From: Octopus sinensis
Lineage: Eukaryota
NCBI RefSeq assembly: GCF_006345805.1
Contig: NC_043016.1
Span: forward strand, 32,178,001-32,242,000
DNA: 64,000 bases
Reading direction: 5' to 3'
Each line of letters opens with the position of its first letter. Position 1 is the stretch's first letter. Both the position numbers and the translations under genes were made by a program. The notes below the pieces were generated by a model. That model made no database searches. It was not told where the DNA came from and worked only from the letters and a program-made list of their open reading frames with translations. Shown here in pieces: positions 39,434 through 50,756 of this stretch.

Positions 39434-39506
<73 letters not shown>

Positions 39507-39579
39507 CAGGTATGTATATGCATGTGCATATATATATGTATGTATATGACTATATATGTGCGTATTTCTTTAACTTTCT

Positions 39580-39776
39580 TTTACTTGTTTCAGTCATTTG
39601 ACTGAGGCCATGCTCGAGCACCACCTTTAGTCGAGCAAATCAACCCCAGGACTCATTCTTTGTAAGCCTAGTACTTATTCTATCGGTCTCTTTTGCTGAA
39701 TCGCTAAGTGACAGTGACGTAAACACACCAGCATCAGTTGTGAAGCGGTGTTAGGGGGGGACAAACAAACAATACA

Positions 39777-39840
<64 letters not shown>

Positions 39841-40015
39841 CATATATATATATACATGACGGGCTTCTTTCAGTTTCCGTCTACCAAGTCCACTCACAAG
39901 GCTTTGGTCAGCCTGAGGCTATAGTAGAAGACACTTACCCAGGTGCCATGCAGTGGGACTGAACCCAGAACTATGTGGTTTGTAAGCAAGCTACTTACCA
40001 CACAGCCACTCCTGT
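39580..40015 (-). mobile_element. SINE family 1, full length
   Basis: Same family sequence, with long central (CA)n. Confidence 0.9.
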
Positions 40016-40139
40016 ATATTTTATATATAATAGTTACTTATATTTTATTTATATATATATATATATATATACATTTCCATGTGTGTATGTGTGCATGTCT
40101 TTGTAAGTGTATGCACTACATATTTTTTAAAACTCTTCA

Positions 40140-41420
40140 TGTCACATTCTTTCCATCATCGTTCTCTCATTCATTCACTTATTCGCTCATTCATATATTC
40201 ATTCATTCATTTGTTCATTTACTCATTCACTCTCATTCATTTGCTCATTCATTCATTCATACACTCATTCACTCTGTCATTCATTTACTTTTTCGTTCAT
40301 TTAGTCACTTATTCACCCATGTATTCACTCATCTTTCCTCATTCATTCATTCATACACTCGCTCTTTTCTTCATTTACTTGCGCTTTTATTTCCACATTC
40401 AATCAGTCAATGACTTACTTATTCATTCATTCATTTTCTCATTTATGTATTAACTCCTTCATTCACTCACTCATTTAGTTACTTATTCACTCATTCATCC
40501 TCTCTTGTTTTCTCTCTCTATTAATCAGTTGATTAATTCATTCATTTACTCATTCATTCAGTTACTTATTTACTCATTCACTTTCATATTCACTCATTCA
40601 CTTTCTTATTCCCTCATTCACTCATATTAACTCATTCATTTGCTCATTTACTTATTCATTCATTCACTCAATCACTCATTAATTCATTCACTTACTTGGC
40701 TTATTCATTTGCTCATTTACTCATTCATTCATTCACTCATTCACTCATATTAACTCATTCATTTACTTGGCTCATTCATTTGCTCATTTACTCATTCATT
40801 CATTTACTTATTCACTCATTCATTCATATTAACTCATTCATTTACTTGGCTTATTCATTTGCTCATTTACTCATTCATTCATTTACTTATTCACTCATTC
40901 ACTCTCCAATTCACTCATTCACTCATATTAACTCATTCACTTACTTGACTTATTCATTGCTCATTTACTCATTCCTTCAATCATGCATTCATTCATTTAC
41001 TTATTCACTCATTCACTCATATTAACTCATTTACTTACTTGGGTTATTTATATGCTCATTCATTCATTCATTCATTCATTTGCTTATTCATTCATTCACT
41101 CTCTTTTTCACTCATTCACTCATATTAACTCATTCACTTACTTGGCTTATTCATTTGCTCATTTACTCATTCCTTCAATCATGCATTCATTCATTTACTT
41201 ATTCACTCATTCACTCTTTTTCACTCATTCACTCTCTTTTTCACTCATTCACTCATATTAACTCATTCACTTACTTGGCTTAGTCATTTGCTCATTCACT
41301 CATTCATTCATTCATTCATTTACTTACCTATTCACTCATTCTCTTATTCACTCATATTTCATATTCCTTCATTTATTATTATTTCTTTCACTCGTTCATT
41401 TAGTCACCTATTCATTTATT
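40140..41420. repeat. Degenerate (CATT)n/(CACT)n tetranucleotide array, ~1.3 kb
   Basis: cattcattcactcatt repeats with recurring blocks such as catattaactcattc and cttggcttattcatttgctcatttactc. Confidence 0.92.
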
Positions 41421-41519
41421 CATTCCGTGATTATTTCTCATGTGAGATGTAGATTGAATCTCAACACTGAAGCCCATTAAACTAGTTATGTCAGTTTTCA
41501 TCTGGTTCTCTGTCATGTC

Positions 41520-41567
<48 letters not shown>

Positions 41568-41933
41568 ACTTTCTTAACTCCCACCATCACCACCACCACC
41601 ATTCCATCCTTCTTATTTACCAAACTCTGCTGCTGCTGCTGCATCCATTAAGAGTTAGAGCAAGCAGATGTTTCAGAGATTTAGTAAAACAAGTAGGATC
41701 CAAGGAAATTAGTGAGATTGTACTTACGTTAGCGAAGAGTAAAAAAAGAAAAAGAAAAGAAAGAGGAAGAAGAAAAAAGGAAAAGGAAAGAAAGAAGAAA
41801 TAGAAAGAGAAAAAAAAAAAGGTCGTGCAAATAATTCAAACATTGGAATAAATTATTTTTGCCATGAGGAAAGAGATATTTAATGTTTCGGGGGGTGAGG
41901 TACAACACATTTTCCGGAGGTTGAGGGGTGGGG

Positions 41934-41937
<4 letters not shown>

Positions 41938-42027
<90 letters not shown>

Positions 42028-42060
42028 AAGAGAAGGAGAAAGAGAGAGAGAAAGAGAGAG
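41938..42060. repeat. (GA)n microsatellite
   Basis: Directly visible. Confidence 0.95.
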
Positions 42061-42204
42061 ATATCTGGGAAATGAGTAAGACAGGTTCTTATCATTGCTA
42101 GGCTGCTAGAAAGAAAAAAAAAAGGAAGAAAAAAATCATGAATGAGAAAATAAGAGAAGGATTGAAATGATGTCAATGGTGAGGGAGGGGGGAGGAGGAT
42201 GGAT

Positions 42205-42244
<40 letters not shown>

Positions 42245-42734
42245 ATGTCTGTTTGTGTGTGTGTGTGGAGTAGCCGTGGAAAAAGAGGAAGAAAGAAAGC
42301 CAGTGACTGAGAGTAATGTGGGGGAGGTGCCGGGTGGTGGGTGGGAGGAATGTTAGGACTAGTGTGAAAGATGTGCAAAATGAGAGGAAGTAAAGTGCTT
42401 GGTGGTGCGGAGCGGCATTAGTTGTGATAGTGTTGTGGTGGGTGGTGGTGGTGGTGGTGGTGGTGGTGGTGGTGGTGGTGTGGTGGTGGTGGTGGTTGTG
42501 GTCATCGAAGTGGTGGTGGTGGTGGTGATGGTGGAGTGAGAGCAACCAGGTGGTCCAGAGTATCTGCAAGCTACAAGCCAATTGAACTGCCCAGGACCCA
42601 GATGCTCTGTGTAAATAAAGTTGGGAGATAAGATAGAAAGAACAAGGGGGCAAGCAAGGAGAAAGGAAGCAGCGATTGGACAAAGGGACAACACCTATAT
42701 TACCTGTAACTGTTTCTAATATTTCCACAAAGCC

Positions 42735-42935
42735 TAACGCAGGGAGCTGGTAGAATTGTTACCATTCTGAGTAAAATGCTTAGCGGCATGTCACCGTCTT
42801 TTTGTTCTGGGTTCAAATGTCGTTGGGGTTGACTGTTTGGGATCCATAAACTAAGACCCAGTTCAGAACTGGGGTCAATGTAATTGACTTAGCCCACTTC
42901 CTTGAAATTGCTGGCTTTGTGCCAAAATTTGAAAC
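42735..42935 (+). mobile_element. SINE family 2
   Basis: gagctggtagaattgtt head, gggttcaaatgtc B-box-like motif, and aaattgctggctttgtgccaaaatttgaaac end followed by (TTA)n. Confidence 0.75.
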
Positions 42936-42989
<54 letters not shown>

Positions 42990-43084
42990 CATTATTATTA
43001 TTATTATTATTATCAAGGTGGCAAGCTGGCAGAATCATTAGCACACTGGGCAAAATGTTTAGTGGCATTTCATCATTGGCAGTG

Positions 43085-43500
43085 TGGCATGAAGCTTGCT
43101 TCCCAACCACATGGTTATGGGTTCAGTACCACTGCACAGCACCCTGGGCCAACGTCTTCTACTATAGCTTTGGGTTGACCAAAGCCTTGCGAGTGGATTT
43201 GGTAGACGGAAACTGAAAGAAGCCTATCGTATATGTGTGTGTGTCTGTATTTATGTGTGTAAGTGTGTCTTTGTATCTGTGTTTACCCCCCCCCCCCCCC
43301 CCCACCATCATCACTTAACAACCCATGCTGATGTGTTTTATGGTCCCTGCCACTTAGCAGTTCAGCAACAGAGACTGACAGAATAAGTACTAGGCTTACA
43401 AAGAATAAGTCCTGGGGTCAATTTCATTGGTTATAACCCTTTAAGGTGGTGCTCCAGCATGGCTGCAGTCAAATGACTGAAACAAGTAAAAGAATAAAAG
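43085..43500 (+). mobile_element. SINE family 1, preceded by a family 2 head fragment at 43015-43080
   Basis: gcttgcttcccaaccacatggtt...gagtggatttggtagacggaaactgaaagaagcc...gactgaaacaagtaaaag. Confidence 0.85.
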
Positions 43501-43540
43501 AGTAAATAAGAATCACATTTCACAGAGTAATCAGAATGCC

Positions 43541-45271
43541 AAAGGTTAAAGTGTCTAAAGGGTTAAAGTGTCTAAAGGTTAAAGTGTCTAAGTGGTTAAA
43601 AGTGTCTAAAGGGTTAAAAGTGCCTAAGGGGTTAAAAGTGTCTAAAGGGTTAAAGTGTCTAAAGGTTAAAGTGTCTAAGAGGGTTAAAGGTCTAAGTGGT
43701 TAAAAGTGTCTAAAGGGTTAAAAGTGCCTAAGGGGTTAAAGTGTCTAAAGGGTTAAAGTGTCTAAAGGGTTAAACTGTCTAAAGGGTTAAAAGTGTCTAA
43801 AGGGTTAAAAGTATCTAAAGGGTTAAAGTGTCTAAAGGGTTAAAAGTGTCTAAAGGGTTAAAAGTATCTAAAGGGTTAAAAGTGCCTAAGGGGTTAAAAG
43901 TGTCTAAAGGGTTAAAGTGTCTAAAGGGTTAAAGTGTCTAAAGGGTTAAAGTGTCTAAGTGGTTAAAAGTGTCTAAAGGGTTAAAAGTGCCTAAGGGGTT
44001 AAAAGTGTCTAAAGGGTTAAAGTGTCTAAAGGGTTAAAGTGTCTAAAGGGTTAAAAGTGTCTAAAGGGTTAAAAGTATCTAAAGGGTTAAAGTGTCTAAA
44101 GGGTTAAAGTGTCTAAAGGGTTAAAAGTATCTAAAGGGTTAAAGTGTCTAAAGGGTTAAAAGTGCCTAAGGGGTTAAAAGTGTCTAAAGGGTTAAAGTGT
44201 CTAAAGGGTTAAAGTGTCTAAGTGGTTAAAAGTGTCTAAAGGGTTAAAAGTGCCTAAGGGGTTAAAAGTGTCTAAAGGGTTAAAGTGTCTAAAGGGTTAA
44301 AGTGTCTAAAGGGTTAAAGTGTCTAAGTGGTTAAAAGTGTCTAAAGGGTTAAAAGTGCCTAAGGGGTTAAAAGTGTCTAAAGGGTTAAAGTGTCTAAAGG
44401 GTTAACTGTCTAAAGGGTTAAAAGTGTCTAAAGGGTTAAAAGTATCTAAAGGGTAAAGTCTAAAGGTTAAAGTGTCTAAGGGTTTTAAAGTAATCTAAAG
44501 GTTAAAAGTGCCTAGGGGTTAAAAGTGTCTAAAGGGTTAAAGTGTCTAAGGGTTAAGTGTCTAAAGGGTTAAAGTGTCTATGGTTAAAAGTGTCTAAAGG
44601 GTTAAAAGTGCCTAGGGGTTAAAAGTGTCTAAAGGGTTAAAGTGTCTAAAGGGTTAAGTGTCTAAAGGGTTAAAAGTGTCTAAAGGGTTAAAAGTATCTA
44701 AAGGGTTAAAGTGTCTAAAGGGTTAAAGTGTCTAAAGGGTTAAAGTGTCTAAGTGGTTAAAAGTGTCTAAAGGGTTAAAAGTGCCTAAGGGGTTAAAAGT
44801 GTCTAAAGGGTTAAAAGTGTCTAAAGGGTTAAAGTGTCTAAAGGGTTAAAAGTGTCTAAAGGGTTAAAAGTATCTAAAGGGTTAAAGTGTCTAAAGGGTT
44901 AAAGTGTCTAAAGGGTTAAAGTGTCTAAAGGGTTAAAGTGTCTAAGTGGTTAAAAGTGTCTAAAGGGTTAAAAGTGTCTAAAGGGTTAAAGTGCCTAAGG
45001 GGTTAAAAGTGTCTAAAGGGTTAAAAGTGTCTAAAGGGTTAAAGTGCCTAAGGGGTTAAAAGTGCCTAAGGGGTTAAAAGTGTCTAAAGGGTTAAAAGTG
45101 TCTAAAGGGTTAAAAGTGTCTAAAGGGTTAAAGTGCCTAAGGGTTAAAAGTGTCTAAAGGGTTAAAAGTGTCTAAGGGGTTAAAAGTGTCTTAAGGGTTA
45201 AAGTGCCTAAAGGGTTAAAAGTGTCTTAAGGGTTAAAGTGCCTAAAGGGCTAAAAGTGTCTAAAGGGTTAA
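43541..45271. repeat. 17/18-bp minisatellite (AAGTGTCTAAAGGGTTA[A]), about 100 copies with recurring variants
   Basis: Direct reading; variant monomers gtgtctaagtggtt, gtgcctaaggggtt and gtatctaaagggtt recur in similar order. Confidence 0.97.
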
Positions 45272-45519
45272 AAAATTGGGTATTATTCTGTACATCATGA
45301 AGGTGCTCACAAAAAGGACCAGTTAGCTGATGCCTAGTTTTAGCTACATATGAAGAATATGTTTGGTTTAATGGTTAGGGTATTGGACTCCTAATTGTAA
45401 GGTTGTGGTTTTAATTCCTGAATTAGGCAATGCATTGTGTTCTTGAGCAAAACACTTCATTTCACTTTATTTACATTATTTACATTTGACGGATATTTCT
45501 CCTCATCTTGTTTGTCGTT

Positions 45520-45565
45520 AACACAACGTTTCGGCTGATATACCCTCTAGCCTTCATCAGGTGTC
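45520..45565 (-). ncRNA. Minimal type I hammerhead ribozyme (Penelope type), core intact
   Basis: GACAC-CTGATGA-A-GGCT(agagggtatatc)AGCC-GAAAC-GTT-GTGTT. Stem I is GACAC/GTGTT, stem II is GGCT/AGCC, and the loopless stem III is the palindrome AACGTT. Confidence 0.8.
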
Positions 45566-45842
45566 TTGGGGAAATTTCGAACCTGGGTTCTCATTCCTAA
45601 GGTATTTTTCAATGCAGAATTGGCTGTGTGGTAAGAACCACTATGCCGTATGCCCATGGGCATACAGCATAGTTTCATTGGTTATAACCCTTTAAGGTGG
45701 TGCTCCAGCATGGCTGCAGTCAAATGACTGAAACAAGTAAAAGAACAACAACAACAACAACAACAATAATAATAATAATAATAATAATATTAACATTGAA
45801 AAATACCTTAGGAATAAGAACCCAGGTTCAAAATTTCCCCAA

Positions 45843-45871
45843 GACACCTGATGAAGCCGAAACGTTGTGCT
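45843..45871 (+). ncRNA. Minimal hammerhead copy with stem II deleted
   Basis: GACAC-CTGATGA-AGCC-GAAAC-GTT-GTGCT. Confidence 0.65.
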
Positions 45872-46589
45872 AACAACAAATAAAATGAGGCCAAATATCT
45901 GTCAAGTGTAAATAATATACATAATTCCTCGTCTCTTAAATATAGAACTATACTTCATTTCACATTCCTCCAGTCCATTCAGCTGGCAAAAATGAGTAAT
46001 CCTGTGTCGGAACAGCGTCCTATCCAGGGGTACACCAGAAAACCGGGAAACTAGTTTTATGGTTTGTATGAAGTAAAGTGGATTAACCATAGAGAATTGT
46101 AAAGTTTCCATTTGAAACAATATTCAAGGTTTGTGAATGTAAAAATCAAAATGGTCATTAACATGGAATTTAACTTTTGGCTACTGTGTGTGTGTGCATG
46201 CAGGAATTATTAGTGGTACTGCTGTAGATGAAGCTCATGTTGTGTTTTTAAATGAGCTTGGTTGTGTATATAATACAGGGGAAAAGCAAGCTTTTGGGTA
46301 AGTGGTCATGTCGGCTTTTGTCTTGTTTAGGAAAAGAGAAGAGAGAGGAAAATTGGGAAAGGTAGGAGCTGTACAGGGGTTTGAGCAGGGTTCTCAACCA
46401 GTGTTTTACCTATAGATCTCTTTACTATTTTATTCACGTGGATCCCCTTAGCCATTCGATGTTTAAAAACTGGTTTCATAGAAATGTCTTTCAAAATTCC
46501 CATTTTGTTTTTCACACATTAATTTGTGTAAATTGAACTATGTAAAATATTTAGAGAAAGAAACCTAGCTGTTTCTTGCAATAAATATA

Positions 46590-46790
46590 TTTAACCCTTT
46601 TGTTACCATATTTCTGTTGAAATATAGTAATTTTTATTTCAATTAATTTTGAAAATAACGATGAATTTAGTAAAATAGCCTTGACATCATTAAACTAGTG
46701 TTTAAAACATAAATTTACATAGAATTTTGATTAAAGGTTTTAATTTAGATCACTTTAACCCTCTTGTTACCATATTTCAGTTGAAATACA
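46590..46790 (+). mobile_element. Two direct copies of a TTAA-CCCT MITE-like end
   Basis: ttaacccttttgttaccatatttctgttgaaata (~46591) and ttaaccctcttgttaccatatttcagttgaaata (~46756). Confidence 0.55.
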
Positions 46791-47477
46791 GTGTATATAC
46801 ACAATAGTACTGGTGTGGCTGTGTGGTAAGAAGCTTGCTTCCCAACCACATGATTCCAGGTTCAGTCCCACTGCATGGTACCCTGGGAAAGTATCTTTTA
46901 TTATAGCCTCGGGCTGACCAAAGCCTTGTGAGTGGATTTGGTAGACAGAAACTGAAAGAAGCCCATTGTATATACATATCTATAATATAAATCTTGTCCT
47001 GTGTGTGTGTAAAAGATTATAATGGCTATATTTTTTTCCAATTCGTACACTTTGTTAAATTTGCTTACAAATTTCTTATTTACTTTTGCTACGTTTTTTG
47101 TTGTTTTTTTTTTTGTTGTTGTTGACAGAATTACTGATAAAAGTAAGTTCAAAATTTACTGACAGAAGTAACTTCAAAAATTTAACTTAAATCCAAGCTC
47201 TTAATTAATTTCCCTAAAAATTTGCTATTTACTTTTGCAACGGTTTTGTGTTTTTCTCTTGTTAACAGCTTTTTTCTGGTTCCTTTGATACTGGCTCTTT
47301 GGTTCACTGACAAATGTTGCTTCAACTCATACAATTCTTTATTTTTTTGTAAAAATTTCTTATTTACTTTCTAATTTCCGTTACCCAGTTATTTTCGTTG
47401 TTTACTATCTTCTGCACCCATGTATTTCTGTAAGCGAATATAACCATGCCTAGAAGGAAAGTGTCAAATTTGTCTAC

Positions 47478-47765
47478 AGATTCCTTGTCAATAAAGAAAG
47501 AGCTGTTTACATTTGACAGATATTGGTCCTCATCTTGTTTGTTGTTAACACAACCTTTTGGTTGTTATACCCTACAGCCTTCATCAGGTGTCTTGGGGAA
47601 GTTTCAAACCTAGGTTTTCATTCCTAAGGTATTTGTTTTTGTTGTTGTTGTTGTTGTATGTGACACCTTGGGCAAGTGTCTTCTCATGGTCTCAGGCCAA
47701 CCAAAGCCTTGTGAGTGGATTTGGTAGACAGAAACTGAAAGAAGCCCATTGTATGTGTGTGTGTG
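47478..47765. repeat. Local ~290-bp duplication unit (Penelope end with decayed hammerhead + SINE1 head), copy 1
   Basis: Near-identical to 50757-51050, including the junctions between the component repeats. Confidence 0.85.
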
Positions 47766-47779
47766 TGTGTGTGTGAATG

Positions 47780-48649
47780 TCTCTGTCCAGGGAAAGAGAG
47801 ACAGCTGCAGAAAGGGAAGCATACCAAGAAATGAACAGACTGTGCACACAAAAGCCAGAGCATCTCAAAGTGATGAACAGAGGTTTGCACAACTGACAAG
47901 GAATAGGATCTCCACTGCAGAACGAAGAGCAGTTGCAACAGTTCAGAGAAGCAACTTCTATGAAGTAGCTTTCAATTATGATCCAGCAGTTCATTATGCA
48001 GATGTCACTAGAGTTTCCATTGGTGCAATGGCAATTGAGTGCATACATTGTAAAGCAAGGAAGTGACCTGGAGAGACACTGGCACTGTGCTGCAGTGGTG
48101 GAAAGGTTAAACTCCCTGCAATCCCCCAACCTCCAGAGCCATTGAAGAAACTGTTGTCATCAACTGACCAAGAATCCAAGCACTTCCAAAACAAAATTAG
48201 ACAGTACAACGCTGCACTACAGATGACATCTTTTGAAGCCACAAGAGATTTAACTGAGCCAGGATTCATGCAAACTTTCAAGCCCCAAGGTCAGATTTAT
48301 CATCAGATTGGCTCTTTATCATCAGATTGGCTCTCTACTACCTCTGTCAAATGAATCACCAGAATTGGCCATTCATTGTTTATAATCTGTACCTGTTTTT
48401 TGGTTACGAAATAAGCTACACAAAACGTGTTTTTGAACTATGTATATTTACTTTATATACATATAAGTTGAAAACTTTCTTTTTACACTTTACTTAACGT
48501 CTATGTTTACATGCTGGCATGGGTTGGAGAGTTATTAATGTAGAAAGTTAGTATCACTCAGCTACTGGCAGTTGAGACCTGTGTAATCTAGATGGCATTT
48601 TTAAATTTCATCATTCTCGTTAACCTGGACAATGCTGGGTATTTATGCT

Positions 48650-48651
<2 letters not shown>
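47780..48651 (+). mobile_element. Internally deleted Helitron (N-terminal Zn-finger/Rep-associated region plus 3' terminus)
   Basis: IGAMAIECIHCKARK*PGETLALCCSGGKVKLP...KHFQNKIRQYNAALQMTSF...FMQTFKPQGQIYHQIGSL is a typical Helitron-like N-terminal motif set. 3' hairpin acctggacaatgctgggt (48623-48640) and CTAG (48648-48651). Confidence 0.88.
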
Positions 48652-48686
<35 letters not shown>

Positions 48687-49419
48687 ATGTGTGTGTGTAT
48701 GTATGTATGTATGTATTAGTGTGTCCCCCCCACCATCACTTAACAACTGATGTTGGTGTGTTTATGTCCCTGTAATCTAGCAATTCGGCAAAAGAGACCA
48801 ACAGAATAAGTACTAGGCTTACAAAGAATAAGTCCTGGGGTCAATTTGTTTGACTAAAGGCAGTGCTCCAGCATGGCCACGGTCAAATGACTGAAAAAAA
48901 TAAAAGAATAGAAGAATATATAGTTAATATAGTTGAAGGAATCGAGAGAATGGGATTGCAGTTTTACATTAGAATGTTAGGAGGAAAAGCAGATGTATAA
49001 GTCATTATCTATATATATAAAGGTAGAAATCTTACCATTGATAACTTGGAATTGTAACAGAGATATTTGAGAAAGGTAAGAGAAATAAATATATCTGAGA
49101 TGATGGAGGTAAATTTTAGAGACAGGTATGAGATTATTGATGACAAAAAATAAACGACTAGGTTTGAATGATCTTAATTAAGTGCACACATGACAATGTG
49201 CTGTTGGGGAAAGGAAATAGCCCTTCAAATTTAACTACATTACCAATATGTTGCCCCAGGTACAACTAGCTTTTTCTTTAATCTTCGGCCTACTTTCCCA
49301 CCCTACCCCAACCTGAAACCCCACCGCTTGAAAGAAACATTGTTTGAAATCAAGCTCCAACTTCAGCTGTAATGTTTCAAAGCTTTCATTTCTTATTATC
49401 TTGTACTTTTATTATTTCT

Positions 49420-49830
49420 TTATTGCCCACAAGGGGCTAAATATAGAGGGGACAAACAAGGACAGACAAAGGGATTAAGCTGATTATATTGACCCCAGTG
49501 CATAACTGGTACTTAATTTATCAACCCTGAAAGGAGGAAAGGCAAAGTTGACCTCGGCGGAATTTGAACTCAGAGCGTAAAGACAGACGAAATACCTATT
49601 TCTTTACTACCCACAAGGGGCTAAACACAGAGGGGACAAACAAGGACAGATGAACGGCTTAAGTCGATTACATCAACCCCAGTGCATAACTGGTACTTAA
49701 TTTATCGACCCCGAATGGATGAAAGGCAAAGTCGACCTGAGCGGAATTTGAACTCAGAACGTAGCGGCGGACAGAATACCACTAAGCATTTCACCCGATG
49801 TGCTAACGCTTCTGCCAGCTCGTCGCCTTA
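49420..49830 (-). mobile_element. Two tandem SINE family 2 copies
   Basis: cccacaaggggctaaa...gaggggacaaacaaggacaga...ggtacttaatttatc occurs at about 49426 and about 49610. Confidence 0.85.
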
Positions 49831-49920
49831 CGAGTACCTCTTGTACTTTTCTAGGTTCATCTAAAGAAGAATATTACTACTGTTGCATCTGCATTTTTCC
49901 TGCTTACATGCATTGCATGC

Positions 49921-49953
<33 letters not shown>

Positions 49954-50441
49954 TCTACATATGTATGTATGCACATATGTACGTATGCGTGAATGGATGG
50001 ATATATGTATGCATGTCTGTATGGATGTCTGTTTGGATTTATGAATGTATGGAATTATGTATACATGCCTGTATGCATGTAGGGATGGGCAGATGGATGT
50101 GTTGGATGGATGGATGGATGAACAGATCTTTACCCCAGAGTATTTTTTTAACCACTTCCTATATATATACTAAGTAATTAAGGGTTTAGCAACGATTTGC
50201 CTCACCACACACCGAATTTAGAAATAGCAGTCAAAAGAGTTTTGGCTATTCTTTCTACTTAAAAGGGAGATCCCAGTAAAACCATAGCACTTAAAAGGTA
50301 AACATATATATATATATATATATATATATCCAATAGAAGGGTCACCTCAGGCTTTTTTCCATAGCATCAAAGGAGATCTTGGTTTAGATGTGGAGTCCAA
50401 GTAAAATGCGAAGAGTACTTATGACTTCTTAGATAGCTTAC

Positions 50442-50539
50442 CGGTTCTGTAGTGATGTTTACATCGGTGTTGTCATTATTAATTTCAGCCATGATTGTGT
50501 TAGCAACATTCCAACTGGTATAAAATATATTTTTAAAAT
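50442..50539 (-). CDS. Candidate coding exon of an unidentified gene
   Basis: Minus strand ttattctaaccag|AT...GAACCG|gtaagc; open frame (D)FKNIFYTSWNVANTIMAEINNDNTDVNITTEP; alternative acceptor at 50514. No homology recognised. Confidence 0.3.
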
Positions 50540-50756
50540 CTGGTTAGAATAACGGTGCATTGGTAAGCAAATAGTGTTTCTCTTATTCATTATGGAAGAA
50601 ATAAACCAGTTACTGATTTAGGTCGGAGAAGTCGGCATAAATGTAGAGGGAAAGATTAAGAAAAGAAATCTTAAATGGTATTCTACACCTGCACACGTGA
50701 TGTTGATGGCACCAATATTCATATATATGTGCATGCTTCTAGTTAGTTATACTCCT

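Larger units (their letters stand above)
45475..45916. mobile_element. Inverted pair of Penelope-like element terminal (pLTR-type) fragments
   Basis: Arm 45475-45614 is the reverse complement of arm 45794-45916 apart from a 17-nt deletion and substitutions; both arms carry a hammerhead motif. Confidence 0.75.

Noticed and set aside
43541-45271. Interstitial telomeric repeat (contains GGGTTA)
   Set aside because: There are no tandem TTAGGG hexamers; the 17/18-bp monomer is better explained by the MITE terminus.
48295-48335. CTGATGA motifs on the minus strand (also at about 32362 and 57083)
   Set aside because: There is no downstream GAAA or closing stems; they lie in Helitron coding, RTE 3' UTR or SINE-like sequence.
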